Assembly: GCA_030671065.1 (NCBI GenBank)
Contig: DAOVAM010000001.1
Span: 1 to 42,677, forward strand
DNA: 42,677 nucleotides
Source of the DNA: Candidatus Aminicenantes bacterium
GTDB taxonomy: Bacteria > Acidobacteriota > Aminicenantia > Aminicenantales > Aminicenantaceae
Direction of reading: 5' to 3'
Shown here piece after piece: positions 34,044-41,969 of this stretch (its first letter is position 1; every line of letters starts with the position of its first letter). Under the pieces are notes generated by a model. The model was not told the origin of the DNA, did no database searches, and was given only the letters and a program-made list of their open reading frames with translations. The translations under genes were made by a program, and so were the position numbers.

Positions 34044-34961
34044 TCAATGGCTCGACAGTACACGATCGACCTTCCTGACGATATCCTGAGGTGCCAAGTA
34101 ACCCTTTTTTCTTAGAAGATGGACCTTGCAGGCGACCTCTATTAAAGTCGCAATGTTTCGACCAGGAGCCACAGGAATGTTGATTCGCGGGACTTTCACT
34201 CCCAATATTTCGTGATCCTCTGGAAATTTGAGGCCCAGACGGTCTGAATCGCCTCCTTTTTTCTGTAATTTTTTCAACCTGATGATCAAATCTACTCTTG
34301 ACTGCTTCAGCACAGATTTTGGCCCAAAGATCTCTCTGATATTGATAATCCCCAGTCCCCTTATTTCCATGAAATTGCGGGTGAGACGGGGAGCTTGTCC
34401 GACCAATTTATTGTCTGTCTTTTTCTGAAGAATAACAACATCATCGCATACAAAGCGGTACCCTCTGGAAATGAGCTCTAAGGCGCATTCGCTCTTTCCG
34501 ATTCCGCTGTCTCCCATGATCAGCACTCCTAAGCCAAAAATCTGGAGCAATCCTGCTGAAATTTTAACCGGGTGAGAAGAGAGGCTCAGAACAAAATTCT
34601 TCACTTCTTCTCGACATTTTTTCTGTGAAAGTTTGCTCACAAAAAGCGGAAGCTTTCTTTTTTTGGCTTCTTGGATGACATCAGGAAAAAAACGGAGACC
34701 ATCCGCGAGGATCACGCAGAATGTTTCATCCCCTAATTTTTTATTCAGGACTCTTTTCCTTTCCCGAAAGGAAAGACTCTTAAGACCATTAAAGTTCCTC
34801 TTGCCCCATATTTGAATGGGAAGGCATTTCTTTCCTAAGGAAGACAGATCTGTTTTTCTAGAAAATCCCACTTTCCCTGACGTGGAGACAAGCTTCAGAA
34901 GATTCTTTGTTTTCTGAAAAAAATCTTTAACTTCGAGCAAAGAATCTTTGTCATTAATCAC
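34044..34961 (-). CDS. hprK: HPr kinase/phosphorylase
   Basis: Has 'GVLIMGDSGIGKSECALELI' and 'LVCDD-like VCDDVV...MEIRGLGIINI'. Confidence 0.9.
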   Translation of the reverse strand: MINDKDSLLEVKDFFQKTKNLLKLVSTSGKVGFSRKTDLSSLGKKCLPIQIWGKRNFNGLKSLSFRERKRVLNKKLGDETFCVILADGLRFFPDVIQEAKKRKLPLFVSKLSQKKCREEVKNFVLSLSSHPVKISAGLLQIFGLGVLIMGDSGIGKSECALELISRGYRFVCDDVVILQKKTDNKLVGQAPRLTRNFMEIRGLGIINIREIFGPKSVLKQSRVDLIIRLKKLQKKGGDSDRLGLKFPEDHEILGVKVPRINIPVAPGRNIATLIEVACKVHLLRKKGYLAPQDIVRKVDRVLSSH

Positions 34962-35424
34962 TTAGCTTCTCTTCTTCTTCTCGAATAATTTCCAGGACAG
35001 CGCTGGTATTTTGGGCATTCAGAACCTTTTTCAGAAGAGATCCAGATTTCCGAACAAGACTCGCAATGGCTGCTAATATCTGGAGATTCAAACTGGGATT
35101 ATCAGGAGAAGAAACGACCAGAAAAAATATATTGGAGGGTTTTCCATCTAAAGAATGAAAATCAATTCTTTTCTTCGAAATAGCCAGTAAAACAATAGGG
35201 CTCTTCACTCCTTTTATTTTACAGTGAGGAATGGCAACGCCCTCTCCTATGGCTGTGCTGCCTAATTCTTCTCTTTGGAGAAGCTTTTCATACAACTCCT
35301 TCTCTTTGCCTATCTTTTTCCTTTTTTTCAAGAAGTTGGCCATCTCTTTGAGAGCGCCTTCTCTATCAGTAGAATTAAGATCTTCAATAATCATATCCTG
35401 TATCAATAAATTATGGAGTTTCAT
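34954..35424 (-). CDS. ptsN: PTS EIIA(Ntr)-type nitrogen regulatory protein PtsN
   Basis: Carries 'REELGSTAIGEGVAIPHCKI' with the active-site His. Its position between hpf and hprK/rapZ supports the call. Confidence 0.88.
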   Translation of the reverse strand: MKLHNLLIQDMIIEDLNSTDREGALKEMANFLKKRKKIGKEKELYEKLLQREELGSTAIGEGVAIPHCKIKGVKSPIVLLAISKKRIDFHSLDGKPSNIFFLVVSSPDNPSLNLQILAAIASLVRKSGSLLKKVLNAQNTSAVLEIIREEEEKLSD

Positions 35425-35447
35425 CGTTCTTCCCTATCCAAAAAAAT

Positions 35448-35975
35448 TCATTCGGGTTCCACTAAACCGTAATGTCCATCTTTTCTACGGTAAATGACCG
35501 CCCACTTTTCAGTGCCTAATTTTTTAAAAACAAAGATTTCTTTATTATCTAAATCGAATTGTAGAAAAGCCTCTTCAAGAGGCATCGGCTTTAAAGAATA
35601 ATCCCGACTTCTTATGACTCTCTTTTGTGCCTCTTCTGTCTCGACCGGAGGAGACATGGTTTCCATCTCTCTGATCTTTCTTCTCTTTCTTTCTCTGAGT
35701 TTACCCCTCTCCTTCTTGACTCTTTTCTCGACATTATCAAAAGCCAAGCCAAGGGAACTCATCATGTCATTCGTCTCCTCCACTGCATTTACAAGAGCTC
35801 TTTTAATCTTCACGTTGATTTCAACTTTATGTCTGTATTTTTCGACAGAAAGAACAAGATCAGCCGATAATTTGTGTCCCGATACTTTTTCTAAAGATCG
35901 CAGCCTTCTTTCGCAGTATTTTTTTATTTCAGGAGTGACGTCTGCATGACGAGCAGTAAAATTAATATTCATCAA
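35448..35975 (-). CDS. hpf: Ribosome hibernation promoting factor, long form
   Basis: N-terminus 'MNINFTARHADVTPEIKKYCERRL' (S30AE/YfiA fold) plus a C-terminal dimerisation domain 'KPMPLEEAFLQFDL...FVFKK...AVIYRRKDGHYGLVEP'. Confidence 0.9.
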   Translation of the reverse strand: MMNINFTARHADVTPEIKKYCERRLRSLEKVSGHKLSADLVLSVEKYRHKVEINVKIKRALVNAVEETNDMMSSLGLAFDNVEKRVKKERGKLRERKRRKIREMETMSPPVETEEAQKRVIRSRDYSLKPMPLEEAFLQFDLDNKEIFVFKKLGTEKWAVIYRRKDGHYGLVEPE

Positions 35976-37459
35976 GCCTCCTCCATCTTGAATCTTCTCT
36001 TCCTTATGTGGGAAGGTGGAATCTCAAGCTGCTTTCTGTATTTGGTCACAGTCCGACGAGCAACTCTGAAATTTTCCCTTGCCAGCATTTCACCAATTTC
36101 TATATCACTCAAAGGATTCCCCTTGTCCTCGGTATCTACGATCTTCTTAAGCCTCTCTTTAATCCTTAATGAAGATATTTCTTCACCGAAGTCTCCAGAG
36201 ATAGCTTTATGAAAAAAATATTTGAGGGAAAATACACCTCGCGGAGTCATCATGTATTTGTTGGTCACCACTCGACCTACAGTGGATTCATGGACTCCTA
36301 TCTCTTGAGCCAGCTCGATCAAGGTCAAGGGCTTGATGTGTTCAATCCCCATCTCAATAAAGCCTTTCTGTTTATCCACAATATATTTCGCAACCTTGTA
36401 AATCGTCTTATCTCGCTGGTCCAAACTCCGCAAGAACCAGAATGCTTTTTTCATCTTGTCTTTCAAGTACCTGTAGGCATCTGGATTATCTTTTGAGGCT
36501 TGAGCCAAAAGCTTTTTGTAGTAGGTGTTGATCCTTAATCGGGGCAGACCCTCATTATTCAAGGTAATCTTGAGCTCATCATCTTCCTTGGAGACGATTA
36601 TATCCGGAACAACATAAAACGTTCTCTCTTGGCTATACTTTCTCCCTGGGGCAGGATTCAGGTGTTTGATGACCTCGATATGGTATTTTACGGATGACAG
36701 AGGAATCTTGAGAACCTTGGCAAGCTTAGAGTAATCGGATTTTTCCAGGAGATGAAGATGCTCATTAACGATTGATCGAGTGATTTCGTCTTTTACCTGA
36801 AAATAGTCCATCTGCGTTAAAAGAGCTTCTTGGAGTGTCAAGCTTCCTATGCTCACGGGATCAAACTCCTTTATCTTTTCCCGAATCTCATTGACCTTCT
36901 TCTCAGGGACATTCAGATCTTTAGCAATCTCTTCCACCGATGACGTCAGATAGCCGTCTTCATTGATGTTGCCGATAATATATTGAGCAATCTCTTTATC
37001 CTTTGCATTGAAAAATGTTAGATTCGCCTGCCAGCTAAGATGGTCCCAGAGAGAGGTTCTCTCTGATACTACATTCTCCAAAGAAGGCGCTTCCTTTTTT
37101 TCAAAAAAAACGGAGCGAAATCCATCATCAAAATAATCATGAAAGTAAGATTCAAATTCTGAGTCTTCAGCGTCTCCTTTAGACTCAAGGGACTCTTCAG
37201 ACCCCACTTTTTCCTGCGCCAACTCTCGTTCTTTTTCGGCCTCTGTCCGATCTTTTTCCCTTTCTTCCGATTCTTTATCAGGAGCCTTCTCCATGCTTTC
37301 TTCCTCTGATTCAAGCATAGGATTCTGTGAGAGTTCTGTATCGATAATCTCGATAAGCTCTAAATTCGTCAGCGGGAGAAGCTTAATCGCCTGTTGCAGT
37401 GCAGGCGCAAGGATTAATTTCTGAACCTGCCTCTGTTCTAACCGTAGCTTTAACACCAT
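35972..37459 (-). CDS. rpoN: RNA polymerase sigma-54 factor
   Basis: Region I 'LRLEQRQVQKLILAPALQQAIKLL', an acidic region II, the HTH 'LTLIELAQEIGVHESTVGRVV' and the RpoN box 'ARRTVTKYR'. Confidence 0.93.
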   Translation of the reverse strand: MVLKLRLEQRQVQKLILAPALQQAIKLLPLTNLELIEIIDTELSQNPMLESEEESMEKAPDKESEEREKDRTEAEKERELAQEKVGSEESLESKGDAEDSEFESYFHDYFDDGFRSVFFEKKEAPSLENVVSERTSLWDHLSWQANLTFFNAKDKEIAQYIIGNINEDGYLTSSVEEIAKDLNVPEKKVNEIREKIKEFDPVSIGSLTLQEALLTQMDYFQVKDEITRSIVNEHLHLLEKSDYSKLAKVLKIPLSSVKYHIEVIKHLNPAPGRKYSQERTFYVVPDIIVSKEDDELKITLNNEGLPRLRINTYYKKLLAQASKDNPDAYRYLKDKMKKAFWFLRSLDQRDKTIYKVAKYIVDKQKGFIEMGIEHIKPLTLIELAQEIGVHESTVGRVVTNKYMMTPRGVFSLKYFFHKAISGDFGEEISSLRIKERLKKIVDTEDKGNPLSDIEIGEMLARENFRVARRTVTKYRKQLEIPPSHIRKRRFKMEEA

Positions 37460-37491
37460 GGCACTTCTCGTCTTAATCCACTTTCATAGAA

Positions 37492-38220
37492 TCAAGAAAG
37501 GCTAAAATCCTCCCCTAGGTAACTTTTTCTCACTTCTTCGGAACTCACTAGCTCCTGAGGAGTGCCTTCCTTCAAGATCTTTCCTCCATCGATGATATAG
37601 GCTCTATCTGTAATTTTTAACGCTTCTCGGACGCTGTGATCCGTTACAAGGATTCCAATTCCCCTCTCCTTTAAGGAAAGTATTATGTCCTGCAAATCCT
37701 GGATAGTCAAAGGATCGATTCCAGTAAAAGGCTCATCCAGGAGTATAAACCTGGGCATTGTAAGCAAGGCCCTGGCGATTTCAAGACGTCTTCGTTCTCC
37801 TCCAGACAACGTGTAGGCTTTGGCATTTGCCAGCTCCTGCAGACCGAACTCTTCCATAATCCTCATCACATCCCCCTTTCCATCGGAATGCTCATTCCGG
37901 CTTGTCTCGATCACTGAAAAAAGATTGTCCTCAACACTCAATTTCCTGAAAGCAGATGGCTCTTGGGGAAGAAGACACAATCCCTTTCTGGCTCTAAGAT
38001 ACATAGGAAGGTTTGTGATGTCCTCTCCATCAAGGAAAACTTGACCGGAATCTTGAGGAATAAGTCCGAGGATCAGAGAAAAGGAAGTCGTCTTCCCTGC
38101 GCCATTAGGGCCTAAAAGACCGACGATTTCTCCTTTGCTGACAAACAGAGAAATACCATCTAACACTCTCTTTTTGCGATAGCTCTTTCTGAGCTCTTTC
38201 GCTTCTAAATTGTCTTTCAT
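37492..38220 (-). CDS. lptB: LPS export ABC transporter ATP-binding protein LptB
   Basis: Has 'GLLGPNGAGKTT', 'LSGGERRRLEIARAL' and 'ILLDEPFTGIDP'. It lies directly upstream of rpoN, as in E. coli. Confidence 0.92.
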   Translation of the reverse strand: MKDNLEAKELRKSYRKKRVLDGISLFVSKGEIVGLLGPNGAGKTTSFSLILGLIPQDSGQVFLDGEDITNLPMYLRARKGLCLLPQEPSAFRKLSVEDNLFSVIETSRNEHSDGKGDVMRIMEEFGLQELANAKAYTLSGGERRRLEIARALLTMPRFILLDEPFTGIDPLTIQDLQDIILSLKERGIGILVTDHSVREALKITDRAYIIDGGKILKEGTPQELVSSEEVRKSYLGEDFSLS

Positions 38221-40100
38221 CTCTCACGTTTTATTACAGTTACCGATCTTTCTCGATCTTTATTTTCAACGAGAATTCTACCATCAGCCATGTAAAAAGT
38301 CAATTTGTCACCCTCTGTTGTTCCCTTATCTTTATCTATAAAAACCGGATTTCCAAGGAGTTCGAGTGATTCCTCTTCAGGATTGTATATGGCTTCTTCT
38401 CCACGCGCTTCGCCCATGCTCTGAAGGATGATGACTTTTTCTCGGGCAACAATTTTCTGTATTCCCTTATTCTCTTCACCCAGATAAACCGAAATGAATC
38501 GTGCTCGAAGAATCGCATCTTTCACGGTTAAACAGCCTTTCTCCTGATAAACAACGAGATTTTCCTCAGGGAAATACATCATTTTCTGTGAGGAAATCTT
38601 TATCTTCTCCTCCTTTCCTTCTTTTGTCGTATGAGGCAGTGTCGATTCTACTCTACCCGTACACAGGATTTGTCCTGTCTCCTCAAAAAGCTCAATTTCT
38701 TCCGCACCCAGAACTTTTTTCTGTTGCCAGATTTTTATATCCCTGTTAAAAAGAAAACGCTTTTGCTCTGCGAAAAATCTCATCTCTCTGGCTTGGATGA
38801 ACACAGGCTGTTCCTTTGAAAAAATACCTACAGGCCTATTTTCTCCAGTTTTGGACTTCAAGATCACCTTGACTCCACGTTTCACTTCAAGGTTACTGGA
38901 ATCAAGAAAAATAGTCATTTCCTCTGCAAAAACATTACTTCCCAGTGAGCTCATTTTGGCATCATACGGTCCTTTTCCCTTGACATGAAGGACATCGGAA
39001 TATCTTTTCTTATTGAAAGAATCTCCCTCGATTACCCGGGCTTCATCCGGATTTTCCGCCTGCTTCACAATTTTGGCGTTTTTTAAGGCTTGAAATTCTT
39101 CCAATTCCCCTTCGTTGTTAAAAATAAATTTTGCCGACTCAGCCAGAATCCTTGTAAAGTCTCCAGTCGACGAAATAAATTTAAAAGAACTGTCTCGCTG
39201 GGCCTCAACTTCCTGGAGCTCCGAGTTTTCTTGAAAAAACCTCATCCTTATCTCTTCTCCTTCAATTTCCCGCTTCACGCTCTGGACAAAAAGAGGAGAT
39301 TGATCCGGAGAAGGTCGGTTTTCCTTTTCCTTTACAACAAGAGAGGCCCAGGCATTCTTCTCTAAAATCAGGGTTTTTATCTGTTCTCCATCCGGGTATA
39401 ATTCAAATCTCATGATTTCAGCTGTGGCACGGCTCTCTCCATAAAAAAGTTTCACATCCCCTTCTATCTTTCCCTGTTTACTTTTTTCATTATAATCCAG
39501 CATCCTCCCTGTGACTTTTAGAGTAGAGGAAGTTTCAGTTTTTGGTTCTATTTGGAGATGGACATCTCCCTGAAGCTTAATTTTTTCCTGCTTCATCTGG
39601 TAGTACATCTTTTGGGCAGAGCCCGTGAGCCTCCGTGATGAAAAACGGGCTCCTTCCTCTGTCCAGAAATTCTCCTCTTCATTGTCATAATTCAAAAGGA
39701 CAGATTCCACCAACAGATCTTTGAATCTCGCTTTAGCCTGATCCGATGATCTAAAGCGAGTCATATCTTTGTCATAAATGACTTTACCTCCGGAGAGGAG
39801 AACATCCTGACCTTCTCTTTCTTTAAAAAAAATGATTTCTACGCTTCCCTCTGCATGATAGTTGTCATCTTCTGCGATAAATTGTTTATCTGCCTTCACG
39901 TGGAGGCTCTTCTCCTCTCCTTTAAACTCAAAATGTTCAGGTTTTTCTCTTTTCTCGACCTTTTTCTGGACTATTTCATCAGTTTTCACGGGTACTCCAG
40001 TCTCTTCTTGCGAACGAACCATGAAATATCTTGCGATCACAGCCAGAACAACCACGAATAAGACTGCCACTGTGATTCTCATGATTTTTACAAAACTCAT
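38217..40100 (-). CDS. Membrane-anchored, multi-module OstA/LptA/LptC-like protein (apparent LptC-LptA fusion or expansion)
   Basis: N-terminal TM anchor 'MRITVAVLFVVVLAVIARYF', followed by about 15 two-strand units of the Lpt jellyroll type (for example 'ADKQFIAEDDNYHAEGSVEI', 'GSAQKMYYQMKQEKIKLQGDVHL', 'ARGEEAIYNPEEESLELLGNPVF', 'TEGDKLTFYMADGRILV'). An ATGA overlap joins it to lptB. It occupies the lptC-lptA position of the operon. Confidence 0.6.
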   Translation of the reverse strand: MSFVKIMRITVAVLFVVVLAVIARYFMVRSQEETGVPVKTDEIVQKKVEKREKPEHFEFKGEEKSLHVKADKQFIAEDDNYHAEGSVEIIFFKEREGQDVLLSGGKVIYDKDMTRFRSSDQAKARFKDLLVESVLLNYDNEEENFWTEEGARFSSRRLTGSAQKMYYQMKQEKIKLQGDVHLQIEPKTETSSTLKVTGRMLDYNEKSKQGKIEGDVKLFYGESRATAEIMRFELYPDGEQIKTLILEKNAWASLVVKEKENRPSPDQSPLFVQSVKREIEGEEIRMRFFQENSELQEVEAQRDSSFKFISSTGDFTRILAESAKFIFNNEGELEEFQALKNAKIVKQAENPDEARVIEGDSFNKKRYSDVLHVKGKGPYDAKMSSLGSNVFAEEMTIFLDSSNLEVKRGVKVILKSKTGENRPVGIFSKEQPVFIQAREMRFFAEQKRFLFNRDIKIWQQKKVLGAEEIELFEETGQILCTGRVESTLPHTTKEGKEEKIKISSQKMMYFPEENLVVYQEKGCLTVKDAILRARFISVYLGEENKGIQKIVAREKVIILQSMGEARGEEAIYNPEEESLELLGNPVFIDKDKGTTEGDKLTFYMADGRILVENKDRERSVTVIKRER

Positions 40101-40116
40101 TTTCCCCTTGAATCTC

Positions 40117-41811
40117 TTATCGTCTTTTTATATCTTCGATAGATAGACTGAGCTTCATTTCCCCAAGATATTCAGAAAATTGAAACGTGTAGGCCACATC
40201 GATTTTTTCACCTTCCTGGAAATCTCGAGCCCAATCGATCCGGTTCCATCCCAGGGCTTCAAAAAAACTTCCATTTTTTTTCAACAAGAGCTTGCTGTGC
40301 TTTCCCTTGATTCTCTGGGGATTGCTCGCAATCTCTGCTCCTTGAGTGAAAAAGACAGGTTTGGGATTCCCCATTCCGAATGGAGAGAGAAGGGAATACA
40401 TTTCGATGAATCGGGATGTGATGTCAGAAAATTCTAATCCTGAATCGATGCGTATCTTCCTCTTCAAGTCATCATCGGATATTCTCTCGCTCACAATGGC
40501 ATTGATGGATTCTTTAAAAAGCTTCACATTTTCCTGGGAAAGGACACAGCCAACAGCCATGCTGTGACCTCCGTAACTCATGAACAATTCCTTACATTCA
40601 TCCAAACATTCAATGATCGGAAATCCACTGATGCTCCTTCCCGAGCCACATGCTTTTCCATTTTCATAAGTGAAAAGAAGAACCGGCCTGTGAAATAAAT
40701 CCTTAATCTTCGAAGCCACTATACCAATGACACCACGATGCCATTCCTCACACCCCAGGATCAGGAATTTGTAGCGTTCATCCAAAGACCTTTGTTGAAT
40801 CGTATTTAGCGCCTGCTTATACGCTCTCTCTTGTATTTTCTGCCTTTTGGAATTCAGATTGTCAAGATGAGACGCCAGCTCGATCGATTCCTCAAGAGAG
40901 TCTGTGAAAAAAAGACGCACGGCCAGATCTGTCATTCCCATCCTGCCCGCTGCATTGATCCTCGGCCCGACCCTGAAACCGATGTCTCCAACAGATACTT
41001 TTCGTCCCTTCAAGCCGCAAACTTCTAAAAGTCTGGATAATCCAATGTTTGAATCCTCTTCCAGCGCCTTTAGCCCAAACTTGACAATGAGCCTGTTTTC
41101 GCCCCTTAACTCCGCGACATCAGCTATCGTTCCTATAGAAACCAAGTTCATGTACGGAGCCTCAAATGCAGACTTTTCCTCTTCTTCGAAGAGAGCCTGG
41201 ATAAGCTTAAAGACAACTCCGATCCCGGCTAAGTTTTTCTCCGGATATCCGGATTCACTGAGTACAGGATTGAGGATAGCCTTCACATCAGGGAGAGAAT
41301 CTCCAGGAAGATGATGGTCAGTCACAATGACATCAATTCCCTCTTCCTTAGCTCTTCTGGCAAAATGTATTGCTTTGATCCCGCAATCGACGCTGATCAC
41401 CAATCTGGCGTTTTTTTCCTGGACGATTTCGATGAATTCTTCTTTGATCCCATACCCATATTTCAATCTATCCGGGATGAAATAATCGACTTCTGCCCCC
41501 AAGGATTCTAGCGCCTTGGAAAGTACAACAACTGAAAGAATTCCATCCACATCATAATCGCCGAAAATAAGTATCTTCTCTCCCGAGGAAACGGCCTGTT
41601 TGACTCTAGCTACGGCCTCATTCATACCCTTGAGCAAGAAAGGATCATGGAGGCCGTCCAATTTTCCATAAAGAAATCTCTGAGCGGCTTCGGCATCTTT
41701 AATGTCCCGATTCACTAATATCTGGGCTATTTCTAAAGGAATTCCAAACTCGGAGGAGAGTGTTTTTGCTTCCTCAGGAGAAGGATTGAATACCCAAATT
41801 GTATCACTCAT
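40117..41811 (-). CDS. recJ: Single-stranded-DNA-specific exonuclease RecJ
   Basis: DHH motifs 'IFGDYDVDGI', 'ISVDCG' and 'VIVTDHH', and the DHHA1 motif 'GGHSMAVG'. The start at 'MSDTIWVF' is preferred over the track start at 41901. Confidence 0.9.
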   Translation of the reverse strand: MSDTIWVFNPSPEEAKTLSSEFGIPLEIAQILVNRDIKDAEAAQRFLYGKLDGLHDPFLLKGMNEAVARVKQAVSSGEKILIFGDYDVDGILSVVVLSKALESLGAEVDYFIPDRLKYGYGIKEEFIEIVQEKNARLVISVDCGIKAIHFARRAKEEGIDVIVTDHHLPGDSLPDVKAILNPVLSESGYPEKNLAGIGVVFKLIQALFEEEEKSAFEAPYMNLVSIGTIADVAELRGENRLIVKFGLKALEEDSNIGLSRLLEVCGLKGRKVSVGDIGFRVGPRINAAGRMGMTDLAVRLFFTDSLEESIELASHLDNLNSKRQKIQERAYKQALNTIQQRSLDERYKFLILGCEEWHRGVIGIVASKIKDLFHRPVLLFTYENGKACGSGRSISGFPIIECLDECKELFMSYGGHSMAVGCVLSQENVKLFKESINAIVSERISDDDLKRKIRIDSGLEFSDITSRFIEMYSLLSPFGMGNPKPVFFTQGAEIASNPQRIKGKHSKLLLKKNGSFFEALGWNRIDWARDFQEGEKIDVAYTFQFSEYLGEMKLSLSIEDIKRR

Positions 41812-41931
41812 CGATATTCTAAATTTAACACAATCTTCCTCACTAAAAAAGGAATTATTGGAGTCAGGCCTTGAGACTGAACATTTTAATATGGCTCTCA
41901 TCTATTTTGTGCAGGCTTCGCGAATCCTCCT

Positions 41932-41960
41932 TTGACTTTGTAATGAGTGAAAAATATAAT
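41932..41960 (+). promoter_or_regulatory. sigma70-type promoter TTGACT-N17-TATAAT abutting the ftsY start
   Basis: The -35 is at 41932-41937 and the -10 at 41955-41960. The ATG at 41970 lies 9 nt after the -10 with no SD. The upstream in-frame ATG at 41943 falls inside the spacer. Confidence 0.55.
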
Positions 41961-41969
41961 GATTGTGGC

